Source: a virus
Lineage: Duplodnaviria; Caudoviricetes
Direction: 5' to 3' (one strand)
DNA: 64,000 nucleotides
IMG/VR virus record: IMGVR_UViG_3300048583_000043
Coordinates: 343-64,342 of that record
Part shown: positions 38,983-47,619 of the stretch, one piece after another
Position numbering within the stretch: the first letter of the stretch is position 1
Layout: each line of letters starts with the position of its first letter
Program-made: the position numbers and the translations under genes
The notes under the pieces: generated by a model
What the model was told of the DNA's origin: nothing
Seen by the model: the letters and a program-made list of their open reading frames with translations, nothing else
The model's database searches: none

Positions 38983-39786
38983 TTAAGCCTCCTTGGCTAC
39001 TGCGAAATACTTAACCACTTTAGCTGTTGGGTTGTCAAAGAACAAAGAAGTTCTATTTCCTTGATCAATGATATTACGATAGTAATTATCTTGTGAGACG
39101 TATTCACCTGAACGAAGGGCGCGGACAGCTTTCATTGTTTGAAGAAAAACAAATTTAGTAATTCTTTTGTTGAACAACCATTGGTTGCTCAACACTCTGT
39201 ATTCCATACCATAGGGCTTTAGTCGAATTGATCCAGCTTTGCCATAGATAGCCCTTCTGCTATCGTCTTTATCCCACAGTAGGGAATACACCCCTACATA
39301 TTTATCCATAAGTTTGCCTAGTTGCAGGCAATTTTTGTAGTTAGTGTGGGCGTCTGTCGAAAGAAAACCTCCAATATGGATGTGCCCTCCCGCAGCACGA
39401 ATGTTAGTATCTGCGGGAGGGGGCGGGTTTGATTCTTCTGTATATACATTCAGATCAGGAGAGCACCCCATGATTTTCTGATCTTCTGGGATATCTTCTG
39501 GTAATGTGATGACAGGAGAAGTGTTCACTTCATAACCATCTACCATCTTCATCAATGTTTCATACACTTTGTCTAGTTTATATTGAAACTGATCATAAGT
39601 TGTGACGGGGTCAATGTTGAATTCCAACGCCATGCCATCTACTTGAACAGCACCGCCCTCAACAAGGTGAGGAGCCTCTTTTGTCCCGGGGATTATTTGA
39701 AAAGGGTTGACAAATCTCCCCTGTTTATGAATAAAAATTTCTGGGTCAGCACCAATTGTTACAGGCTCTCCATTAATCAGAATCAT
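38983..39786 (-). CDS. Second phiEco32-like COOH-NH2 ligase type 2 (paralog)
   Basis: IGADPEIF, VQVDGMALEFNI, GCSPD, RAAGGHIHIG, RRAIYGKAGSIRLKPYGMEYRVLSN. Confidence 0.88.
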   Translation of the reverse strand: MILINGEPVTIGADPEIFIHKQGRFVNPFQIIPGTKEAPHLVEGGAVQVDGMALEFNIDPVTTYDQFQYKLDKVYETLMKMVDGYEVNTSPVITLPEDIPEDQKIMGCSPDLNVYTEESNPPPPADTNIRAAGGHIHIGGFLSTDAHTNYKNCLQLGKLMDKYVGVYSLLWDKDDSRRAIYGKAGSIRLKPYGMEYRVLSNQWLFNKRITKFVFLQTMKAVRALRSGEYVSQDNYYRNIIDQGNRTSLFFDNPTAKVVKYFAVAKEA

Positions 39787-40208
39787 TTTTCTTCCTCAAG
39801 AATTTGTTCAGAGAGGGGGGCACGAACATAAATGTAATTGGTTTCCCCAATAGTATTCCCTGTTTTGTGAACGAGGGCAAATCCCCAACGTTTAAACTCC
39901 TTATCCCAATATTTATCTTTAGAAAAGAATTGAGACTGGTTGATAGTAAGAATGGTAAATTTATTTTTCAAACTTGTCTTGTCAATATCTTCCATAAGTT
40001 TTTGAAATGGCAAGTCTTTTGACCGACCAAGTTTTTGTTCTGTGGGGTACAGAATTTTACTATAAAACTCTGCGGGGGTGTACCCGTCAGACAGAGGAAC
40101 GGTTCCTGATTGTTTGTAGGAATCATTGATTTCAATCTGACTCCCCTTAAATCCACCAATTGCAATGGTAGCACAAGAACTACATCCCATAGTTGCAACG
40201 TATGCCAT
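39783..40208 (-). CDS. Hypothetical protein
   Basis: Coupled ORF with an N-terminal CxxC. Confidence 0.6.
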   Translation of the reverse strand: MAYVATMGCSSCATIAIGGFKGSQIEINDSYKQSGTVPLSDGYTPAEFYSKILYPTEQKLGRSKDLPFQKLMEDIDKTSLKNKFTILTINQSQFFSKDKYWDKEFKRWGFALVHKTGNTIGETNYIYVRAPLSEQILEEEK

Positions 40209-40209
40209 T

Positions 40210-40428
40210 TTACTCTCCGTTAACAGCTTTTACAAGCATGTCTGCTAGTTTCAATGAATAAACACTTTCATAATGACTACCATCGTAGTCTTCACCTTCT
40301 CTTTCACTAGGAGGCCCGTGAGGTATCCAAATCTCTACAATTCCTGACCCAGTTTCTGTGGAGATGTCTACATAGGTTCCATAGTATTTTTGTACGCTTG
40401 AGTCATAGGCAACAAGTTTAGCTTTCAT
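40210..40428 (-). CDS. Hypothetical protein
   Basis: RBS and ORF within the operon. Confidence 0.55.
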   Translation of the reverse strand: MKAKLVAYDSSVQKYYGTYVDISTETGSGIVEIWIPHGPPSEREGEDYDGSHYESVYSLKLADMLVKAVNGE

Positions 40429-40431
40429 AAC

Positions 40432-40749
40432 CTACTCCCCGTTGTAAGGACGCCAGCCAAACTCTTTAATGGCGTCAGGGTGAGGGGCGAACAAGGTATC
40501 CATTACAGCATACTTATTACCGTAATGATCAGTGAACCAATGATCTTGAAAACCAATGGGTTCTTTAGGGGCTGGACGTGTCCAGAGACAACCTTCTTCT
40601 CCTTCCCCGTTAGTTACATCAACAGAATGACCCCATTTAATAGGGTCATTGTCTGTGATGTGAGCATACCTCTTGACTGAATCGTAACAATCAATGGTGA
40701 GGTATACACCTTTTTCAGTCAGATACTCTTCATACCCTTCATACGACAT
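40432..40749 (-). CDS. Hypothetical protein
   Basis: AGGAG RBS. Confidence 0.6.
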   Translation of the reverse strand: MSYEGYEEYLTEKGVYLTIDCYDSVKRYAHITDNDPIKWGHSVDVTNGEGEEGCLWTRPAPKEPIGFQDHWFTDHYGNKYAVMDTLFAPHPDAIKEFGWRPYNGE

Positions 40750-40772
40750 TTTAGATCTCCTGTGTTAAAAAA

Positions 40773-40863
40773 GTGAAGATTGGGGGAGTTGAACCCCCAT
40801 CATCTAAGCCCTGTAAAGGGAACTAGCTTTGCTATCAGAGATGACAGCCCCGGCTTTTCTTCA
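40773..40863 (-). ncRNA. tRNA-like RNA candidate (acceptor-like stem and T-arm, non-canonical core)
   Basis: Minus strand: TGAAGA/TCTTCA closing stem and GGGGG-TTCAACT-CCCCC T-arm; lies downstream of two tRNAs. Confidence 0.4.
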
Positions 40864-40973
40864 TTGTCTATCGTGAGTGCCTCTGGTAGCACCCACACCA
40901 ACTCGCAATCAGAGGGGCGCTTGGCCCCAACAGGGAGAACTCCCTCATAGCCAGAACTTCCAACCAGTTGTTA

Positions 40974-41060
40974 TGGTGGGGACGGCTGGATTTGAACCAG
41001 CGACAGGATTGCCCTAACGGATTTACAGTCCGCCGCCATTGACCACTCGGCCACATCCCC
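40974..41060 (-). tRNA. trnY: tRNA-Tyr(GTA)
   Basis: GCGGA-CTGTAAA-TCCGT anticodon arm, long variable arm, GGTTCAAATCC, CCA. Confidence 0.92.
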
Positions 41061-41065
41061 AATAA

Positions 41066-41142
41066 TGGTGCATCCGGCAGGACTCGAACCTGCAACCTCG
41101 AAATTAGAAGTTTCTTGCTCTGTCCAGTTGAGCTACGGATGC
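41066..41142 (-). tRNA. trnR: tRNA-Arg(TCT)
   Basis: GCATCCG acceptor stem, GAAA-CTTCTAA-TTTC anticodon arm, GGTTCGAGTCC, CCA. Confidence 0.92.
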
Positions 41143-41162
41143 AAAAGCTTTACGCAGTAAAG

Positions 41163-41516
41163 CTATTCAATCCCCGGATAAACTTTTTTATCTCCGATCC
41201 AAGAAATAAACTCATCCAAATCTTCATTTGTAACAAATGAAGGCATGTACCTAAAGATGAGGGCTTGGTATGACAGGGTTTGAGGACGTGTGTTCTGTTC
41301 TACCTCTTCAACAGTTCTGCCTTTAAGGAACATTTGGTAGAGGTGAAGAAAACGACTCTCACGAGACAGAACAACTTTTCTACGTTGTGTCTCCGACATC
41401 CAAGTGTCTGAATTGCTTGGCTTTCTTCTTAGACTCTTTTCATAATTTTTCAGTAGTCTTTGTTGAATCACCGTTGAAAGGTGAGCAATTCGCACAAGAT
41501 TGTAGTTCATTGCCAT
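41163..41516 (-). CDS. Hypothetical protein
   Basis: Coupled ORF (ESRFLHLYQMFLKGR..EEVE). Confidence 0.55.
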   Translation of the reverse strand: MAMNYNLVRIAHLSTVIQQRLLKNYEKSLRRKPSNSDTWMSETQRRKVVLSRESRFLHLYQMFLKGRTVEEVEQNTRPQTLSYQALIFRYMPSFVTNEDLDEFISWIGDKKVYPGIE

Positions 41517-41773
41517 TCTCCATATTGAACGCAATAGCGCACAGGCATTACGGTTTTAGTTGTTTGATTGTATTGCATCATTGTATCCCATTGAACACAA
41601 GGAGGGGATTGAGATACCGCATATAAAAGAGTTGAAAACACTAAGATTGTATACACAATTGTTATCAGTTTCCAAGGCCCCCCTTCATCAAGCCATTTAT
41701 CCATTAAGAAGAAAAACAGCCAAAAAGCGCCAACAACAATAATGGCGAAGATAATTGCACCAATAAACGTCAT
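41507..41773 (-). CDS. Two-TM membrane protein
   Basis: Two hydrophobic segments and a C-terminal Cys pair. Confidence 0.6.
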   Translation of the reverse strand: MTFIGAIIFAIIVVGAFWLFFFLMDKWLDEGGPWKLITIVYTILVFSTLLYAVSQSPPCVQWDTMMQYNQTTKTVMPVRYCVQYGEWQ

Positions 41774-41774
41774 A

Positions 41775-42134
41775 TTACATCCCCACATAAGGAAAAAGAT
41801 AGATTGTCACAGTTTCACCATCCACTACTTCAGCTTCAGATGGGATGGCAATTAGCCCATCAGGCGGGTAGACATAAATCAAATCTGCTTCAAGATTGCC
41901 CAAGACTAGATTGATTACTACATCTCCGTCAATTCCTTCGTTTAAAGTGAATTGATGTTCAAGTCTGATGCTATCGTCGTCACGTCTGTTGTCAAAAAAG
42001 ATTTCGGCAACAGCCCCGGGTTCATTTGTCTCTTGTAATACGACATAAGACCCTCTTTCAGTGTATTGCCACATCTCTGCATAGGCAGGGAATGATGACA
42101 GGAAGAGGCAAGATGCTAGGGCAAGGCGGATCAT
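41775..42134 (-). CDS. Secreted hypothetical protein
   Basis: Signal peptide MIRLALASCLFLSSFPAYA. Confidence 0.6.
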   Translation of the reverse strand: MIRLALASCLFLSSFPAYAEMWQYTERGSYVVLQETNEPGAVAEIFFDNRRDDDSIRLEHQFTLNEGIDGDVVINLVLGNLEADLIYVYPPDGLIAIPSEAEVVDGETVTIYLFPYVGM

Positions 42135-42463
42135 TCGTAATCACGGACGTTGATGGGCTGCAAAACCAGCGGAACGAAGCGAGTGGCCGCCCAAGAATAC
42201 AGCTTCTGCTGCAAATGAATTGCGGTCGCTTGTTCCGAATTACACTGCGGGCTTGCTTCTTTTAGGCTGGCCGTCCTACTAGGTTTCAGCCCGACATGCA
42301 CGAAAAGAACAGCCTGCGTTTCGGGGTGGCAGACCCACCAGCGATTGTGGTAGGTGATGCAGATGCCAGTGGCTTTCAGCCAGTCTTGCTCCGGCATCCA
42401 GATCAAGCGCGGATCAAACATCTTCGCCACGTCCTCCAGCGACTTCACGCGGTAGGTTTTCAT
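42131..42463 (-). CDS. Hypothetical protein (GC-rich insert)
   Basis: ATGA-coupled start MKTYRVK; GC-rich codons. Confidence 0.55.
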   Translation of the reverse strand: MKTYRVKSLEDVAKMFDPRLIWMPEQDWLKATGICITYHNRWWVCHPETQAVLFVHVGLKPSRTASLKEASPQCNSEQATAIHLQQKLYSWAATRFVPLVLQPINVRDYE

Positions 42464-42846
42464 TCGTCGGCCTCGCGGGGTTGAAGGGCGGTGCGGGCGC
42501 GGCGAAAGTCGCCAAGCGGCAGAACCCACCGCAGATCATCTTTGCCGCTCCCCATGCTGATTTTCAGGTTGTCGGGCTGGTGAAAGTAGTTACCCTGCAA
42601 TGCCTCAGCGAATGGCCGCAGCGCATCCCGCAGCCGCAGCACCTCGGCGGCAAGGTCGGGGGCGAGGGCGATGAGGCGGGCGTTGTCAGCGACATTCGGC
42701 CATCTGCACTCTGCGATGATGTCAACAACCATGCCCCATGTCTGATCATCCGCATCGCTGCGGATGCCCACCTCGCCGACCGTATTCCAGCCCCACGGCC
42801 CCTTCGTCGCCCGCGCCAGCAGGTCGCGCAGTTCTTCGTCGGTCAT
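42460..42846 (-). CDS. Ead/Ea22-like hypothetical protein (GC-rich insert)
   Basis: LLARATKGPW...ADNARLIALAPDLAAEVLRLRDALRPFA. Confidence 0.55.
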   Translation of the reverse strand: MTDEELRDLLARATKGPWGWNTVGEVGIRSDADDQTWGMVVDIIAECRWPNVADNARLIALAPDLAAEVLRLRDALRPFAEALQGNYFHQPDNLKISMGSGKDDLRWVLPLGDFRRARTALQPREADE

Positions 42847-42982
42847 TTCATTCTCTCACAGACAGAGATTTGCGATTGAACATCAAGGCACCCTGCCATC
42901 ATGTTGACAGTCCACACCATTGATGAGACGTAAAGAAGGCACGTCAAAACTGATGCGCCTAGGATTATGACAGGAAGGGGCA

Positions 42983-43180
42983 TTATTCCTCCACAGGGCT
43001 TGCGTCAAACCCCACACCTGGGTTGAATGGTGTGAGTTTCTTTGCAAAAGAAAGAGCTTCTTCGTAGCTGTCGTATGTTTCTTTGTATTCGTTTCTAAGA
43101 CCAGCAATGTCCAATGTTGCTCCTGTGTAAGAAACATCACCAGGAAGTCTACTGTTTTTGTGAACAACATACTTCATCAT
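42983..43180 (-). CDS. Hypothetical early protein
   Basis: GGAGA RBS; ORF in the leftward arm. Confidence 0.5.
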   Translation of the reverse strand: MMKYVVHKNSRLPGDVSYTGATLDIAGLRNEYKETYDSYEEALSFAKKLTPFNPGVGFDASPVEE

Positions 43181-43312
43181 CTTCTCCATAAAGTTGCCTT
43201 CCACAAGAAACTTCCTAAGGGCGCTAGAAAGTTTCATGAAGAAAGGAGCAGTTTAACGTCATGCTCAGGACAACAAAGACTTTTCTGCCATCAACAAACA
43301 AGGTTGATGGTT

Positions 43313-43558
43313 CTAGTCTTTGTTTTTCAAAACCACGTCATACCCCATGCTGTTGGCCACTTCTGTCAGATAGCGGACAGCAAACTCAAAGGTGACTTCC
43401 TTCCTATGGAGGAGCCCATTTTCGTCCAAGATATTGTATTCCGTGATTTCCTTGGCCAAGAACATGGCAGCGATGGAATTGGGGCGGCGGTCGGGCTTTT
43501 TTGTAACCTTGGCCAAGATGTCGCCGAGGTTCTGCTCTTGCGGTTTGATAACGAACAT
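43313..43558 (-). CDS. Hypothetical early protein
   Basis: GGAGG RBS before MFVIKPQ. Confidence 0.6.
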   Translation of the reverse strand: MFVIKPQEQNLGDILAKVTKKPDRRPNSIAAMFLAKEITEYNILDENGLLHRKEVTFEFAVRYLTEVANSMGYDVVLKNKD

Positions 43559-43782
43559 TTTTTGTCCTCCTATGTTTTGCTTAGTATAAACACGCTCAAT
43601 CCTTTGGGACATTTTATGTCAGCATTGGTAGAGGATGACGTGTTTATACAAAACAAATGATGCGGGAGGGCTTTTGTGACAGGAGGGGAAGGCTTTCACC
43701 TTCCCCCGCTAACACAATTGACGTTGTGTTAGCTAAAGGGGGCGGACTGATGTAAGGGCCAAACGCCCCCCTTTGTTGCAGA

Positions 43783-44388
43783 TCAGTGGGCAGGTTCACC
43801 GTCGATCAGGGCAGGCGCACCAGTGCGGCCTTCGACAGAGCGACGAGTCACCTCTTTCGTGATGGCGTTCAACAGGTCGGCCATGGTGAAGTCGGCAGAC
43901 GTGATCCGCTCCAACGAGTCGACAACAGAGGCAGCCTTCTTTGCAACAGCCTTGTCATCGACAAGCTTCTTGGGGGCAGCCGGGGCCTTCGGGTCAAGGT
44001 CTTTCAGGTCTTTGTAGAGTCCGGCATCGTCCCACCCCTTGCCAGCCTTGACAGCGTCGCGGATCTTCGCATAGCTGTTGCTCTTGGCCAGGTTGACATG
44101 ATGACCGTCCACCTTGGCCGGGAAATTGTCCCAAACAATCGACAGCTTGTCCTTGCTGGCCTTCACACCAACAGTGCCATTGAAGGCAATGCGCAGCATC
44201 CTTGCCACCCTGCCCCGCAAGGCTGCATCATTGCGGATGTGCCCGACAAAACGCAGGAACGGGTCGGCGTTCTTGTGGCTGCCAATTTGGGCAAAGCAGT
44301 CATTCAAAACTGCCAGCCCTGTTGCGCTGTTTTGTTTCCGTTCGGAAAACAGGGTGTCAACGCGCCCCATAAGATCAACCTTCGCCAT
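43783..44388 (-). CDS. Early protein with host-like GC-rich codon usage
   Basis: GGAG RBS; 201 aa; strong C/G bias at third codon positions; hairpins downstream (43,684-43,775). Confidence 0.7.
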   Translation of the reverse strand: MAKVDLMGRVDTLFSERKQNSATGLAVLNDCFAQIGSHKNADPFLRFVGHIRNDAALRGRVARMLRIAFNGTVGVKASKDKLSIVWDNFPAKVDGHHVNLAKSNSYAKIRDAVKAGKGWDDAGLYKDLKDLDPKAPAAPKKLVDDKAVAKKAASVVDSLERITSADFTMADLLNAITKEVTRRSVEGRTGAPALIDGEPAH

Positions 44389-45074
44389 TTGGGAATCTCC
44401 ATATCTGGCAACCGGGAATTGCCCGGCTCAATCAAGGGAAAACCCTTGCAATGGGAACGGGCAAAGCACGTCCACCCGTTCCGCATAAAAGGATTCTCAT
44501 TGCACAATGACATGCAACGCCACCAATAGGCAGCGCCATATCCTAAATCAGTTAGCCTTTAGCCTTAGCTATGGTAGCATACTAGCGTATGCCACGGCCT
44601 GTCTGACGACAGCCAGCCTTGTCCCGATTTATTTGATTGTGTCAATCTGTTTTGAGTCAAGGCTTTGATATGCCTTAACGTCAAGGGCGATTGCCCCCTT
44701 TCCATGTCACGGCGCATTGGCCGATTCCCCCCTTTAATGAAAGGCTTGCTGTCCGGCTTATGTGACAGGAAGTCACAGCGAATCTTACACAAGCCTAACC
44801 TATCGGCTGGACATGAGGCTTTTATCTAGGCTTCCCCCTAGGGCAAATAACACTAGCCGAGTCTGTATCAATGGACAGCATAACACTTGGCTGTTGCAGG
44901 GGCTAATCCGTCAGGATTGCACCTAGCCTTATGTCACGCAGGTGCGTTCTGTTGAACGCTTCCCCCATGATACAGCATGACTCGGCATTGAGTCACCTGC
45001 GGATTATCAATGGCCTTCTAGGTTTGCGCCTAGTCAACCGTCATGGCAAACCGTATAACGATTCGCCAAAAGAG

Positions 45075-45449
45075 TCAACCAATCTTGCGCCGTTCGATTA
45101 TCACGGCGCGCGGTTTCTTGCTTGGCCATGGGGTGGCCTTGCCTGTCGGCGGAAGGGCCTTGCGGCTTTCCCCCTTGGGCTGATTCGCAACATAGCGAAT
45201 TGCGCCGTCATTGTCAATCGTCTTGACCGTGCCAGCATCCGGCCCTTGTTCCCCCCGCCATGTCACAATCCTGCGATTGACGCGGATGGACTCAAGCTTG
45301 CCTTCCTCATTGCGGATCAAGGCTTCCTCGCCATGATCCAAAGTGTGCCCGCGACCACGGCCGTTGCCATGCCAGACAGATAGCTTGTCAGCCGATGACC
45401 TTGCGCGGCCTATGCGTTGGGCTTCAACGGCCCATTGATTCTGTTTCAT
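45075..45449 (-). CDS. Probable first early gene (hypothetical)
   Basis: AGGGA RBS before MKQNQWAVEAQ. Confidence 0.5.
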   Translation of the reverse strand: MKQNQWAVEAQRIGRARSSADKLSVWHGNGRGRGHTLDHGEEALIRNEEGKLESIRVNRRIVTWRGEQGPDAGTVKTIDNDGAIRYVANQPKGESRKALPPTGKATPWPSKKPRAVIIERRKIG

Positions 45450-45529
45450 GTCCCTTTCCCGTTCCGTTGTCTGTTTCCATGGCCCTTTATCCCCCGAATC
45501 GCCAAGGGATGCAACCCCTTGAAACAATT

Positions 45530-46660
45530 ATCACGAAAGCGTGATAACGCCCCCCTCGCGCGTGACATGCGCGCGCAAGCGCACACACATGCACACATTT
45601 TCGGGCATATAGATTCGCACGCGCGCGTTGCACGAATGAGCTTGCAAAGCAAGCGATAAATTTTTGATGAAAAAACAGGCATGGTAACGCATTGTGACAG
45701 GAAGGTATGATTCAATGAAATGTCGTGATGTAATGTTATGAGGTAACACACAAGGGCTAGTGGGTGGAGGGGGGAGAATCACATATGAAAAACCGATTCC
45801 CGTCACCAGCATGTCAAGGCGATTTTTTACAGGGGTGTCCCGCCCAAACCGTTAGACGCGCTGTAGCACCCCTGCCATGAAGCCTGCGAAGGTATGCGTT
45901 AGGGTCATGCCAGCTATGCACCCAGGACATAGAACGAATCAGGAACATGGTGTGCAGAAATGAATAAATAATTATTTGTCAAGGGGTTGACACGATTTTC
46001 CTAGTGAGTGTTGCTGATTCGCAACAGGGAAACGACCGGGGGTATGGGCCAAGGGGGGTAGGGGCGTTGTTGTATACAACCTCCGCCAAAAAATTTGGAA
46101 AAAATAGTGTTAACCACTCTCGTAAAAAGGAGCAGATAGTACATCCCCCTCCCCTTTCCAAGAAGAATGCCCCGTAGAGGCCGTGGGAGGGCCCTTAGAG
46201 AGCCTCTGAGCGTCCAGATAGGGGGAGATAGCCCAAACATTTAGAGGCCCTCCTAGGGGCATTTTTAGAGGGACAGAGGAGAAAACTAAAATCTTCCTTT
46301 TTTCATCTTCTTTCTGTCGCCTTTTGGGCGACATTATGAGGAAAAAGGACATTTTTGTCCTTTTGACGATTATTATCTAAAAATAGTTTTATTAAAAATC
46401 AGTTAGTTATAAAAAAGGCGTAAATAAATTTACGCCCTTTTGTCACAAACAGGGTGTTTTTAGCGTATATATAAGTGAAAGGGAAATTTTTTGCGTTCTT
46501 CGGAACGTTTTTTACCCTCCTCCGGTTCCATATATAATATAATATGAGTGAGCGTGATGCGAACCATATAAGGAGCTATAGGGCGACGTGATATATACGA
46601 GCGCAGCGAGTATATATAATACATTATTATACGGCTCTTCCACGGGCTTTCAAGGAGAAT
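45530..46660. other. Divergent non-coding region, probable genome-terminus / origin region
   Basis: Transcription switches direction here. It contains G-runs (GGGGGTATGGGCCAAGGGGGGTAGGGG), A/T tracts, a TGTCAA-GGGG-TTGACA palindrome and several hairpins. Confidence 0.55.
46164..46475. repeat. Hairpin element B plus TTTTTAGCGTATATATAAG motif
   Basis: TAGAGGCCGTGGGAGGGCC...TAGGGGGAGATAGCCCAAACA; homologous to element A at 35,910. Confidence 0.65.
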
Positions 46661-46663
46661 AAT

Positions 46664-47080
46664 ATGGCGACATTCAAGGAAGCCTTTAGAGCGGCTAGAA
46701 ACGCAGGGAAGGCAACATTCACATGGAATGGGAAAAAATACACCACCGAAATGGCTGGTGAAACACAGACATCCTCAAATCGTCCTCGTAGACGACCTGC
46801 TTCAGCCCCCACCTCTAGTCCCCGTCCTAGGGCTCGTCCTTCAAGAGCTAGTGGTGAAGCAAGAGGACGTAATGCTTCTCCTCCTGCTTCGGCTTCCCGT
46901 TCACAATCAAAGAGCAACTATGCCACTGGTGGTAATTCTCTTTTGAACAGGGCATTGGCTGCTGTTCGTAGAGGGGGCACTAGTGGAGATATCCAGACAG
47001 CAAAAGATGCTTCCTCTGGTCGTAGAGAGCAAACATCAGCCGCCCGCTATCAGCGTGGAGCTACAGGGCCTCGGAGATAA
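46664..47080 (+). CDS. Basic Arg/Ser-rich protein
   Basis: AGGAG RBS; N-terminal TFKEAFRAARNAGKATFTWNGKKYTT module. Confidence 0.7.
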   Translation: MATFKEAFRAARNAGKATFTWNGKKYTTEMAGETQTSSNRPRRRPASAPTSSPRPRARPSRASGEARGRNASPPASASRSQSKSNYATGGNSLLNRALAAVRRGGTSGDIQTAKDASSGRREQTSAARYQRGATGPRR

Positions 47081-47082
47081 TT

Positions 47083-47352
47083 ATGAGAGCACCAACTAAA
47101 TACAAAAGGCCTGTTCCAGCAGCGGCAGTTAGAGCCGGGCAAAGAATTAAAGCTCGTCAAGGGGCTGCTATCAGCGATCTTACAAGGGTTTCTCCTGAAA
47201 ATGTAGGAAGGGCTAGGGCACGAGCAGGAATGAGAGCTTCTAGAGAAGGGGGCACTTATGGAGAAGGTCGTAATCTCTCTCCTAATTCTGCAAGACGTAG
47301 GGTAGAAGCTAGAGCAGAGGCTAGGGAAGCTTTTAGTAAAAAGAAGAAATAA
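47083..47352 (+). CDS. Basic Arg/Ala-rich protein
   Basis: GGAG RBS; coupled to neighbours. Confidence 0.6.
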   Translation: MRAPTKYKRPVPAAAVRAGQRIKARQGAAISDLTRVSPENVGRARARAGMRASREGGTYGEGRNLSPNSARRRVEARAEAREAFSKKKK

Positions 47353-47619
47353 ATGGCCACCCCTGCATGGACAAGAAAAGAAGGGAAAAATCCTAAGGGT
47401 GGATTAAACGCCAAAGGAAGGGCTGCTTATAATAGAGCCAATCCGGGAAAGCCTGGATTAAAACCTCCCGCTCCCAATCCTAAGACGAAGAAGGATAGTG
47501 GGAGGAGAAAAAGTTTTTGTGCCAGAATGTCTGGAATGAAAAAGAAGCTTACCAGCGCAAAGACAAGGAATGATCCCAATTCTCGTATTAACAAGTCTCT
47601 TCGTGCGTGGAATTGCTAA
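47353..47619 (+). CDS. Conserved basic phage protein
   Basis: PAWTRKEGKNPKGGLNAKGRA...RRKSFCARMSGM...SRINKSLRAWNC, a widespread marine phage family. Confidence 0.75.
   Translation: MATPAWTRKEGKNPKGGLNAKGRAAYNRANPGKPGLKPPAPNPKTKKDSGRRKSFCARMSGMKKKLTSAKTRNDPNSRINKSLRAWNC

Noticed and set aside
16787-40749. Three small proteins ending in NGE, superficially LysW-like
   Set aside because: Most simply explained by overlap with the GGAG/GGTGA RBS of the next gene; no Zn-ribbon carrier fold.
40773-40863. tmRNA interpretation (contains GGGGCTG and a T-arm)
   Set aside because: The 3' strand does not pair with GGGGCTG, there is no tag reading frame, and the order does not fit the two-piece form.
43786-44529. 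247-aa + strand ORF and other overlapping ORFs in the GC-rich stretches (42-46 kb, 53.7-56.5 kb)
   Set aside because: High GC suppresses stop codons; codon bias and RBS support the opposite or main frame.
44761-44777. TGTGACAGGAAGTCACA as a CRP or matS site
   Set aside because: The spacing is wrong for both (N7 versus N6 for CRP; 5 versus 3 nt for matS).
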